Below the pieces are notes generated by a model, which saw nothing but the letters and a program-made list of their open reading frames with translations, did no database searches and was not told where the DNA came from. Positions 40,485 to 51,772 of a stretch of DNA of 64,000 nt are shown here, piece after piece. The position numbers and the translations under genes were made by a program. The DNA is taken from the NCBI RefSeq assembly GCF_001194135.2, contig NC_068987.1, forward strand, positions 100,783,703 through 100,847,702, in the 5' to 3' direction. The DNA is from Octopus bimaculoides. Its lineage: Eukaryota. How positions within the stretch are numbered: position 1 is the first letter of the stretch; each line of letters opens with the position of its first letter.

Positions 40485-42003
40485 CCCTTTTAAAACGTTT
40501 GACGTAAATTTTCGCATGCAATATACATGCTTTAAATCGGTCAATTTAATTATACGACGCGTGACATAGAACCTGTCGCCTGAATTAGTAACGGTCCACC
40601 TGTTAACTAATAAGCCGATTAGATGTTTCATATAAATATTTATAACCCGATAAGCTGGTCCTGCCATTCTGACTCTGTGAACTTCGTCGTCGCGTCCTGT
40701 TTCGTCGAATTTATTGTCAATTTGTCCTACCACTCCAGCTCCGTCAACTTCGTCGTCGCGTCGTTTCCTCAAATTTACGGTCGTCGAGTCACGCTACACC
40801 AAGCTACACCACCTCATAAGTCGTTTCTTCCGGTTCGAACGATGACTCTGAGCGTGAGTATTTTCCTAGTTCAGACGCAGATGATTCCGATAGCGATTAT
40901 AATATTCCGGGGAACATAAGGTGCAGGCGGGCAGCAATGAATGGCCCTGGACAACAGAATGTCGTGTGGTGAGCGAGAGACAATTTCGTCCGACGGCATG
41001 GTTTTACTGGTTCGCCTGACATATAGGCAAAACTTGAACATGGAATTGCATCATTGGAAATCTTCCACAAGTTTTTGACGGATGAAATGTTCCAATATAT
41101 GGTGAACGAAATGAATGACTATGGTGAAAACTATCTCCAGCATATCAGACCCTGGTATTGCAGTGATTGGTTTCGAACCACAGGGGACAAAAACAAAGTT
41201 CTGCTTGCCCTGCTGATACTGATTGGCATCGTGAAGAAATCGACCCTGGTGTCATATTGGAATCTGGATTCAGCTACGTTGACACCTTTCTTTCCGGAAA
41301 CGATACCACGTGAACAAATTTTGGCGCTTTTTCAAAATATACATTTCAACTCAAACGAGAACCAGGATGATAGGCTTCACGTTCTGTCGCTGACGAAGTG
41401 GCTGAAAATTTTAGAACGCTATATGTCCCCACACAGGACATTTGTACGGACGAGAGTTTGTGGAAATTCAAGGGAAGGTGCCGATTCAAAAATACAACCC
41501 AACCAAGCGTGTCCGCTTTGAAATCAAAGTTCATGAACTATGGCAGTCAACTGGCAGAGCCTGTGGGTATACGTGGAAATACAAAATCTACACTGTTTAG
41601 GACACTTCGGATCTTCCAGCGTCAACGGTTGCGTCGACTGTTGTCGCGTTGTCGCTGAATGAAAACTTGTTTGACAAAGGCTACAATATTCATATAGACA
41701 AATGACTTACCATCGAACCTCTTCCTGCAGCTGCAGGCGAGGAATGCCCGTGGGACTCTGAGGACGCACAAGGAAAAGCATACCACCCGATCTTTACAAG
41801 ATAGAACTTCGAAAGGTGTAAACTTCGTACAAATGCACCTTTAGTTACATTTTCGCTCTAGTGTTGCGTGACAAAATAAATGTCTGCATGTTCTCCATAA
41901 TGCATTCTGCAAGCATGAAGGAAACTAGGAAACAAGATGTGAACGGTAATGCCATAATGAAACAGAGTGAAGTTGTTTCATACAATGAAGGGATGGGTGG
42001 GGA
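40485..42003 (+). mobile_element. piggyBac-family transposon relic (left end plus frameshifted transposase, 3' end missing)
   Basis: TTAA|CCCTTT at 40481-40490; acidic N-terminus (DDSEREYFPSSDADDSDSD); ORF 41054-41521 EIFHKFLTDEM...LLILIGIVKK..YW...FFPETIPRE...HFNSN; DICTDESLWKFKGR (first catalytic D); YNEGMGG at about 41983-42003 (third-D region). Confidence 0.92.
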
Positions 42004-43299
42004 TTAGTCGCTGTTTATTTTTGTTGGCTTTTACTTTCTTAAGTCTAATAAAATCCCCTCCGACTAATTGATATTAGGGCTTCGGTTTATTCTATGACTA
42101 CTTTAATTGTATAAGGAGTTCCAGTTGGCCCCCGTCAAGACTATTCTTATCAAATTCATTTTATTTTCATACTACGCTTCTTGTCTTTGTTTTGCCAGTG
42201 AACGTTGTATTCTCTTGCTTGGATACGGTGACCGCATTCACTTGATTCTCAGGCAAGTTAATGTCAGTCATTTAGTTTTGATATGTTAGTTCCTTCAGTC
42301 GTAGCTTTATCTTTCTCAATTATTTTCTATATTTTATGTTAAAAAGGTATTTTCATTCTAAGTACACAATACAGCTAGATACATTTCACATAGCTTAAAA
42401 GCTCTCATTCCAAATATCTCAATTTTCTTAGTGCACTTCTTAAATAACCTTCCATTGCTATCTTCTTGATTTTGTTATTATCCTCTTATTTATGGCAAAG
42501 TAGTAACATATTTACGTGTAATAATCTTGTTCCTGCCGCACAAAATAGGTGCTCTACCGTAGCGAATCTATGGAGTAAGAAGATTTCAACGGGGGTGCCA
42601 GTTACCATGAGTTCCGAAGATTCTGCCGAGCAGGGTAACCTAGTCAGTATGTACATCTTACACAATCCACCAGTGAAATTCTGATTTGTTTCTGACAAAT
42701 TATAGAAATATAATAGCCGTCTTTTAGATATTTTATGCAATGCAGATCACAAATAGATCTGGAAAACGGAAATATATCATGATTATCGTAGGTCTTTATA
42801 TTATAACTGTCATCGCTTTAGTCGATTCTTTGCGCATTACAGATATTACATGCTGACAGTACAAAAAGAAAAAAAGCTAAATTTACATTAATAGACTATC
42901 GAAGCCGCCACTTTTTTTTCTAAACACTCTAGTAAAATACTTCATTACATAACTGTATTTTAGAGGATTCTGCACTTTATATGCTAACTCAATTAACAAA
43001 AGTGATTTGGGAAGGCATAACATTAATAGTCAAATACAATAATCTCGAGAACTATAAGAAACAAAGGTCAACGAACGTAATCCATGATTAAGCATTCAAG
43101 TATTCACACTCGTAGATCATATCATTCCCTTTGAAAGGGAAGAAAAAATAAAAACTTTTACCTTATGTTTAATGGTTAGACCTACAGGTTTCGAATGTTT
43201 AGTAAAGAAAAAAAATTACTTGGCAAATTTACTAGGCAAATTCTCTTTAGTAACCAGCCGTCAAAGATTTTGTCTCATAGTTATATGTTAAAAGAATGG

Positions 43300-44068
43300 G
43301 GATTTCTCATTGTCTTGTTTCTTATTTTCCAGCCGGTCGCTTGCATGTACAGGAGTGAGCTAAGATAGCACCAGGGTATGAAGTGTGGAATTCCATTGTT
43401 TTGGTTCAGTGATGGTGGCGTGCATGGAAAGGTAAGCAGGCCACACTTCGTCCAGAGACAATAAAAAGTTGTCATGCAAATCTGAGGACCACGGTGTCTG
43501 TGAACGATGTAAGAAGACGTGGTCGTCCAACCACATCCCGATAAACGGAAAACGTCGGAACAGTGCAGGAAATGTTTCATCGCATCCGCAAAAATCAGCA
43601 TGTCAAGAAACTCGTGAAAGTGGACAAACAAGACACACAATACGTACAGTGTTGCATAAAGAAATGAATTTTCGTCCGTGGGAACGCAATTATGTGCAGG
43701 ATCTAAAACCTAAAAACTCTGAGCACAGAATAGAATATGGAAAGGCCTCCAAGAAGTTCAGATCTCATTCCATGTGATTTTTGCCTGTTGGGGTTACACA
43801 AAAGTGACGTACAATGAAAAACCTCGCACATTAGAGGACTGAGAGACACGGATTCAGGAGGTTCTGAATGATATCACAGATGACGTCCTTCAGAAGATTT
43901 TTCATTCCATTCCTGGCCGATTGAAGAAACTAGTTGTCGCTACCGGTGCTTACGTTCATATATGGATATTTAATTTCATTTTCCCATGTAATAAAAAGCA
44001 TGTATCATGTGTTTCAATATGTTTTTAAAAGGAATTTTGAATGCTTATTTACTTTTCACCCACCCTGC
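43300..44068 (+). mobile_element. Tc1/mariner (DUF4817-type N-terminus) deletion derivative
   Basis: YEVWNSIVLVQ.WWRAWKG..ATLRPETIK.CHA...RRRGRP..., LHKEMNFRPW..YVQDLKP, then a jump to PRSSDLIPCDF..WGY...GRLKKLV.ATGAY. The right end TTTTCACCCACCCTG resembles a CAGGGTG-type TIR. Confidence 0.85.
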
Positions 44069-44114
44069 ACACCCTGCACACACACATGCACACATACACA
44101 CACATATATATGTA

Positions 44115-44193
<79 letters not shown>

Positions 44194-45072
44194 GAGAGGT
44201 TCGATAGTGATACGAGTGTATATATACATTTACGGATGCGCGTTAGCATGCATATATATATGTGCATGTGCATGCATGTGTATATGTATATATGCGTGTG
44301 TATGTGTTTGTATGCATATGCGCACATGTACATGTACGTGTGCACGCGTTTGTATGTCACAATACCTTCTTTCCTCCTCTCCGATTCCTACCTATTACAC
44401 TAACCTACCACATGCATTTATTTATAGAAATATGACAAACTTGTATTCTTTCCATTGCAACTGCTCTTGTCTATACATGTTTCACCGCAGAAAATACCAT
44501 GTGTGTTTCTGCTCAATGTAATGGTATGTCATAACGGTTACAAATTACACGTTCGCTTTCGAAATTATAAATGAAAGGTCATTAGCAACCTCTTCGTAAA
44601 TTATCAGACTTGTGGTTTGTTATAGATTAGAATGTTTTAATTTTAGTGATTTTATGAACGGGTTATTAGTGATAGTTTATCGTTAACATAATGTAATGGA
44701 TTTTATGTTCTGTTTCATTAAATTTGCTCATCATTAAACCATGCTCATCTATACTAGAGTTTATCCACATTCGTTTCATATAATGCACTTTATGTGTTTT
44801 TTGTATTTTTAATCGTTGTAGTGTCTGAAGCATTGACTGCGATATCTTTACATGTATATCATTAGGTAGATTGCTCATGTTGTTTATTTGAAATCTGGTT
44901 GTGGTCAATGCTTGTCTTACTCAGTGGAGTAATGTATACCGAGAATTTTGATAGAACATGTAAGTCGGGAATTTGCTGCTCAAAATTGGTACGTGTATGC
45001 TCTTTTCATATCTAAGTATATGTGTGTATGTGTGTGTGTGTGTACAAGTTTATATATATATATATATATATA

Positions 45073-46020
45073 TCTTGGACTAACTTCTAGCTGTTGTGCA
45101 ATGTCAGAAGCCTTCGAACGGGGTTAGTTTTCCACAATTCTCTTCAAACAGCAACAATCAAAACAATTCATCTTTAGATTTCGGTTTCTGTCGAGTTTTT
45201 CGTATAGCTCTATTTAGTATGCTCCAAATATTTTCAATTCAGTTCATGTTAGGGGATTGGCTCGGCCAAGGAATCTTTTTTATCCCATTTTTAGTCACCC
45301 ATAGTTGATTCCTTTTCACTGTGTGGCATGGAGGCCCATCTTCCATGAATAAAAACTCATTCTCCATTATGTTATCGTGTGAATACTTCGGAAGTAGTCC
45401 TTGCATACGTATTTCGATGTATTTTTCAGAGTTTATGGTTCCAACACGTTCGTTCAGCTCAGAACGACCATTGCTGGTGGCAGCTCCGCATACCATTACA
45501 GAGATGCCACCATGTTTCACACTTGGTTGGAGTCGTTTCAAATCAAATTCTTGATTGGGAAGCCTCCAGATCCAAACACGTCCATTGTCTGAAAATAATG
45601 CAAATCTGGATTCATCTGAGAAAATCATTCTATCCCAAAATGAACTGGATTTTTCTGACATCTTAGTCAATTTCTTTCTTTTCATGATATTAACCAAGAT
45701 TATGCTGATATGTAACACACGTTCTTGGACTAACTTCTAGCTGTTTTGCAATATCAGAAGACTTCGAACGGCGTTCATTTTCCACAATTCTCTTCAAATA
45801 GTGATGCTTCATTTGCGAAGGACAAGGTCGTCCGGGACAAGAATCTGTTGACACGCTTCCTTGGCTTTTGAATCACACTATAATTCTATTAACTGTAACA
45901 AGAGGAATTTGAACATTTTCGGCAATTTTTCGCTGGCTAAGACCAGCGTCAGATTGCCCAACAATAGGACCTCTTTGAAAATCTGACCGTTCTGCTGATT
46001 TTTTTTTTTGCGCGTGGCAT
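45073..46020 (-). mobile_element. Tc1-type (DD34E) transposase pseudogene
   Basis: ATG at 46020: [33 protein letters not shown] 45239-45718: IFSDESRF...VKHGGISVMV...FMEDGPPCH...WPSQSPNMN. Frameshifts present, and the last acidic residue is not retained. Confidence 0.93.
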
Positions 46021-47299
46021 GGTTACTCTTAGCAAATGTTTAATATAATGGCACCTGGAATGAAAAAGAATAATTACATTGTAAATTCTACATCACTGGA
46101 AACATATTAAGACGCTTAGATCAGAAATTTTGAAAATTAAACGTGTCTATCNNNNNNNNNNNNNNNNNNNNNNNNNNNNNNNNNNNNNNNNNNNNNNNNN
46201 NNNNNNNNNNNNNNNNNNNNNNNNNNNNNNNNNNNNNNNNNNNNNNNNNNNNNNNNNNNNNNNNNNNNNNNNNNNNNNNNNNNNNNNNNNNNNNNNNNNN
46301 NNNNNNNNNNNNNNNNNNNNNNNNNNNNNNNNNNNNNNNNNNNNNNNNNNNNNNNNNNNNNNNNNNNNNNNNNNNNNNNNNNNNNNNNNNNNNNNNNNNN
46401 NNNNNNNNNNNNNNNNNNNNNNNNNNNNNNNNNNNNNNNNNNNNNNNNNNNNNNNNNNNNNNNNNNNNNNNNNNNNNNNNNNNNNNNNNNNNNNNNNNNN
46501 NNNNNNNNNNNNNNNNNNNNNNNNNNNNNNNNNNNNNNNNNNNNNNNNNNNNNNNNNNNNNNNNNNNNNNNNNNNNNNNNNNNNNNNNNNNNNNNNNNNN
46601 NNNNNNNNNNNNNNNNNNNNNNNNNNNNNNNNNNNNNNNNNNNNNNNNNNNNNNNNNNNNNNNNNNNNNNNNNNNNNNNNNNNNNNNNNNNNNNNNNNNN
46701 NNNNNNNNNNNNNNNNNNNNNNNNNNNNNNNNNNNNNNNNNNNNNNNNNNNNNNNNNNNNNNNNNNNNNNNNNNNNNNNNNNNNNNNNNNNNNNNNNNNN
46801 NNNNNNNNNNNNNNNNNNNNNNNNNNNNNNNNNNNNNNNNNNNNNNNNNNNNNNNNNNNNNNNNNNNNNNNNNNNNNNNAAAGAAGTACGTGCGAGCTTG
46901 GTGATTCCAAGAACGAAAAGAAATAGCAGCCGGACACACGTGACCAAGGCTGTGTGAAGAGAAAGAGTAGCAGAGGGAAAAGGAGGGGAGGAAGTAGAAT
47001 AAAAGTGAGCAACGAGAGGTAGAGAGAGAGAGAGATAGTAGTAGTAACGGTGAGAGGCGAAGGACGAGTAACAAGAGATAGAGAGAGAGAGATAGAAGTA
47101 GTGACAGGTAGAGGCGAAGAACAGTAGAGGGAAGAATGAGAGGGGGAGATAGAAATAGAGAGAGTCGCGTTAGAAAAATAGTTAAAACTTACTGTATACA
47201 GGTAACGCGTACGTTCTGTCGTGATACAAATAATAACATAATGCGGGACTTACATCTTCCTCTTGGAGGGTTCAACACACAAATTTAAGCCAAGTCAAA

Positions 47300-47545
47300 T
47301 TTTGCCATAAAAAAAATCACTTCACCTGTGCATCGAAGAACTTAATCTCTTTTCTCAAATGTGGAGGGTGTGATGGACACTACATAGGTGAAACTATTTT
47401 GACCTTAACTGACAGACTGAAGGTACACAGGCAACAAATCTGGGACCTCTCGAACAGGTAAATTTCCGCAAGCAAACACCTAGACCAATGCTCCGCAACA
47501 GAAACCCAAAATATCATATATCCACTCTCTATCAATGCACCGTAG
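47300..47545 (+). mobile_element. Penelope-like element GIY-YIG endonuclease relic
   Basis: HFTCASKNLISFLKCGGCDGHYIGETILTLTDRLKVHRQQI...SKHLDQC, the C-x2-C...YIGET...R..H motif of PLE endonucleases; one in-frame stop. Confidence 0.88.
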
Positions 47546-48586
47546 CACTTCAACCCAATTCCGTTTGAATAAGGAAATCATGTTCATTAAAAATGTAAAC
47601 CACAGCTTTAGAAAGGAGAAAAAAACACTAAAAAGTAAAAGGAAATAATAAACCTAATTTCTCCTCACAAAAAACAACGACCATACACAACAGACATAAT
47701 TTTAAAACGTTAGTAAGTCTCACACTTGGGTTTCCAAACAGCAACTCCAAATTACACAATAACACCATACAAACACCAGTTGCTGATGTCACATAACTCT
47801 AGACCAATGAAATGTTGCCGCCAATCAAAATCAAACTTCAGTAAATATTACAAACTGGCCTTTTAAGATAATCAACCAGACACCATCAGTACCTTAACGA
47901 ATAAAAAATCAAATCCGTTCACGGAAAAAATTTATGAATACACTGGATTTTAAAAAACGCCGTTACAAGCGAAAATCTCTGCACACGACCGAAAAAGAAT
48001 CCCAGAAACCATAACAAAAATCTTTTCTTGCTATCTGCTTTTCTCCCTTGTGTTTCTCCCTCTTACCGAACGTGATCCACATTTCTTATCGATCACTTAT
48101 AACACTATTGAAATTTGTGCATTTAAACATTATGAACAATATTTTTTCAATATCATTGAATGCTGTGAACATTTATATCATATTTGATATTAGTGAGTTT
48201 TATAAACATTGAATCTTTTAAACATGTTTTTCTACTTAGCAAATTTAAATTTTTACCGTTGATAAATTTTTTTTTTTAAATTGTTGAAACTAGTTTGGTA
48301 TGTAAATAAATTTATTTAAAAACAATTACAAGTTTTTCAAATTCACATGCATTTTCAAAAGCAATTTTTTCTATTTTTTTTTTCTGCGTGAAAATACACC
48401 CCCTCTTTCGTTATATAAATATATATATAATTAATATAGACAGCCGTGTGCTATGTTTTATCGAAAAGGAAAATTATTTGTGCCACTAAATATGACTAGG
48501 GCATTAGTATATCTTCATTGCTATAAATAAGAACTAAAAAAAAGCTCTAATGCGTTCGATACATTACTTAATTGCATGTGCAGAGA

Positions 48587-48721
48587 CAGGGAGTATAATC
48601 ACCTGAAAGCACCAGTCGAGAATTCCCGATATTGATCGGCAATTTTTAGTTTCGACTAATTCCGTAGCCTCCTCAATATTAGGAATTCTCGACCGATGCT
48701 TTTGGGCGATTACAGTCCCTG
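48587..48721. mobile_element. 135-bp fold-back / MITE with 49-bp arms
   Basis: Arm 48587-48635 versus the reverse complement of 48673-48721: 40/49 identical. Termini CAGGG...CCCTG. Confidence 0.75.
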
Positions 48722-48760
48722 CAATACATATGTACAATTACACACACACACACAAACACA

Positions 48761-48797
<37 letters not shown>

Positions 48798-48939
48798 ATA
48801 CATATGTATCAACATTCTGCAANNNNNNNNNNNNNNNNNNNNNNNNNNNNNNNNNNNNNNNNNNNNNNNNNNNNNNNNNNNNNNNNNNNNNNNNNNNNNN
48901 NNNNNNNNNNNNNNNNNNNNNNNNNNNNNNNNNNNNNNN

Positions 48940-49070
48940 GAAAAAAACCCCTAAATTCCTTATATTCCTTTTCTCTCAGTGTAAAGACAGAATCTCCACA
49001 CAAGAAAGAATCAGCAAGGAGAATCTTTTCGTAGAGAAATTCCAACCACTTCTTAACACACAAACCCCTC
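48940..49070 (+). mobile_element. Possible Penelope C-terminal relic
   Basis: After the gap it reads KTESPHKK..., then (frameshifted) FVEKFQPLLN, typical of the end of the PLE ORF. Confidence 0.45.
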
Positions 49071-49350
49071 AGTGACCTTATTTCTCTAAGAACAGACGTA
49101 GACTTCCTGTTGACAAAGAGTCCATAACTCCAACTAAAGAGATTTGTCTTCCCTTACACACACTTCCTGTTTTGACACCACACTTCCTGCTTAACACATA
49201 AACCTTTAGCCCCTTTTCTCTTTTTTTAGACCTAACACAACTCTCAATTTCATGCATCCTAATTTTTCCAACTAATATCTACATGGATTACCATTGAACT
49301 TTAAAAGCTAAAAGACAATATATTATTTTTTTTTAACATATCATTTTACT

Positions 49351-49650
49351 TTTATGGTAAAATGATGTAAAAAACACCATATCTGTCCAGTGCTATCTCT
49401 TGTCGGAACTCAAGATCTTTAACCGGCATCCACCCGCAATACGCAAGAGAAGCTACTCTGCACAGATTTAATCAAAACCGTAGCTTTAACTAAAATACAG
49501 TCAACAGCATTCACTCCGTTGCGCCATTAAATCGCCGGAGAATTCTCTCACTTCGATATTTCCCATTGATAACGTTTAAAGACCTAGAACGAGAATATTA
49601 CAACGGGTAGCATCGGACAGATATGGTGTTTCTGGACAATTTTACAATAA
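49351..49650. mobile_element. About 300-bp MITE-like element with about 50-bp imperfect TIRs
   Basis: AACACCATATCTGTCC (49373-49388) is the exact reverse complement of 49615-49630. Looser complementarity extends on both sides (GTAAAAT.../...ATTTTAC). Confidence 0.75.
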
Positions 49651-51320
49651 GAGATCATTTTTTCTCCACGGTATCTCAATGAATTTGGGATATGTCATAA
49701 AATATTTCAACTAACGTAAATTGTATTACTACATAAATATATACATACTTACATATACATATATTTTCGATTCGAGATTGTGATCTCCACTACTGTATTG
49801 CTCCAGTTTGGTCACAACCTTCGTGCTATTAGAGCTTCGTTCTAATAAGCCGAAACAGTCTTATTAGAATTTATTATTCATTAAATTTATTATTCATTAA
49901 ATAATTTTAACTAACCTCTTGACATTCGTTGAGTCCTTTATCCAGTCAATTTTCGTCGACTCTCATACTCACTTATAACGTAACTGTTTGCTAGCATATG
50001 TACCAGTGTGTGTGCCTATAGACATACGTGTGTGTATATATAATATATGTGCGTGCGTGTGTGCACGCGCGCTTGTATATAGGATCACAATAAGAAATCA
50101 AGAAATCCTAGCAAGGGTATGCTAGTGGCACACATGCATATGTAGACATATATTTATGCAAGTCCTCTGATGCAGAAACCTTTATTGCTATACAATCACA
50201 CGCTAACATATGCATTACAACACGCAAGAGTGTACATCCTCTGCTCGTATAAACACGCATATTACCCACACATGCGAGCATACACATGCGAGCATACACA
50301 TACAGAGGCACATAGACGCTTACGCATTGGCATGTATAAATGACCGTAAACACATACATATACACGTTCCCAACAAACGCCCAACGAATACATAAATGCT
50401 TGTAAAAGCAATCCATTATTGTGTGAGTGTTTTTCATCGTTGTTATGTGGTTATATTCTCTGCTATACATGCACAGTCATACGTAGACAATTGATTGTGT
50501 ATGCGTATATGTCTGTATCTGTTTGTGTATGCACACATACATAGATTTATACATATATATCACACCTATTTACACATATATATGTGTGTGTATATATACA
50601 CACTTATACGTTTATATATTACATATATGTATTTATAAATATATATTTATGTATATGCTTATGTATCCATAGGTTTTGTCTACGAATGAATGTATGTGTT
50701 ATCGTGTAAATGTGTTAATCTGTTTATATGTGTATTTGTGAATATGAATGTGTGTAGTTTGCAATTAATTTGGACAATTGTCCTAAGTATAAATTAGATA
50801 TGAAACCCTTTAAGCGTGAATCAACGGGGAAGCATCTTTTTCGCTATAATTTATTCCCTCCTGAGAAACATATGTGGTGTCATGTTTATTATGTTTAAGT
50901 ATTGGGTTGTCGTGTGCACTCGCATTCCTTGATAGTTTCACTAATGGGATATACGGTTAATTTTCACTGCAGATCAAGCTGTACTGAAGTCATAAAGCAA
51001 TGATCAGTGTTTGAGACTTTATAATAACCAAGACTAGCGGAGCATATATTCTAGAATGGTTTGTGGGTTGGATGAGAAATCGTATGGAATGATTATGTAT
51101 CATTATTGTTTTGTGGTTTGCGTAACTGATAAGTTGGAAGCCGCTTTCCATATTATGCAAGATCAAAGGGTCTCTTTCACAAACGCGCGCGCTCAAACAC
51201 TCGCATACAAGAATATTTACAGATTCACACAAACTCATATGTTCACAATGCCACCCCGTACGCACCCGTATATACATAAATACATTATACATTTACAAAT
51301 ATATTGGTATATATATAATT

Positions 51321-51351
<31 letters not shown>

Positions 51352-51730
51352 TATATATANNNNNNNNNNNNNNNNNNNNNNNNNNNNNNNNNNNNNNNNN
51401 NNNNNNNNNNNNNNNNNNNNNNNNNNNNNNNNNNNNNNNNNNNNNNNNNNNNNNNNNNNNNNNNNNNNNNNNNNNNNNNNNNNNNNNNNNNNNNNNNNNN
51501 NNNNNNNNNNNNNNNNNNNNNNNNNNNNNNNNNNNNNNNNNNNNNNNNNNNNNNNNNNNNNNNNNNNNNNNNNNNNNTATATATATATTTATATATGCAT
51601 AAAAAGTGATATGCATATATATAGATGCACATATATACATGTATAGAAGTGAATATATATACATATGAGCATGTGTGTACGTAGTGTGCTTTCATATATG
51701 CACATGTGTGTGTGTATGTGTGAGCGAGTC

Positions 51731-51772
<42 letters not shown>

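Noticed and set aside
42466-42740. Overlapping ORFs on both strands in a GC-richer patch
   Set aside because: No homology or consistent splice signals recognisable.
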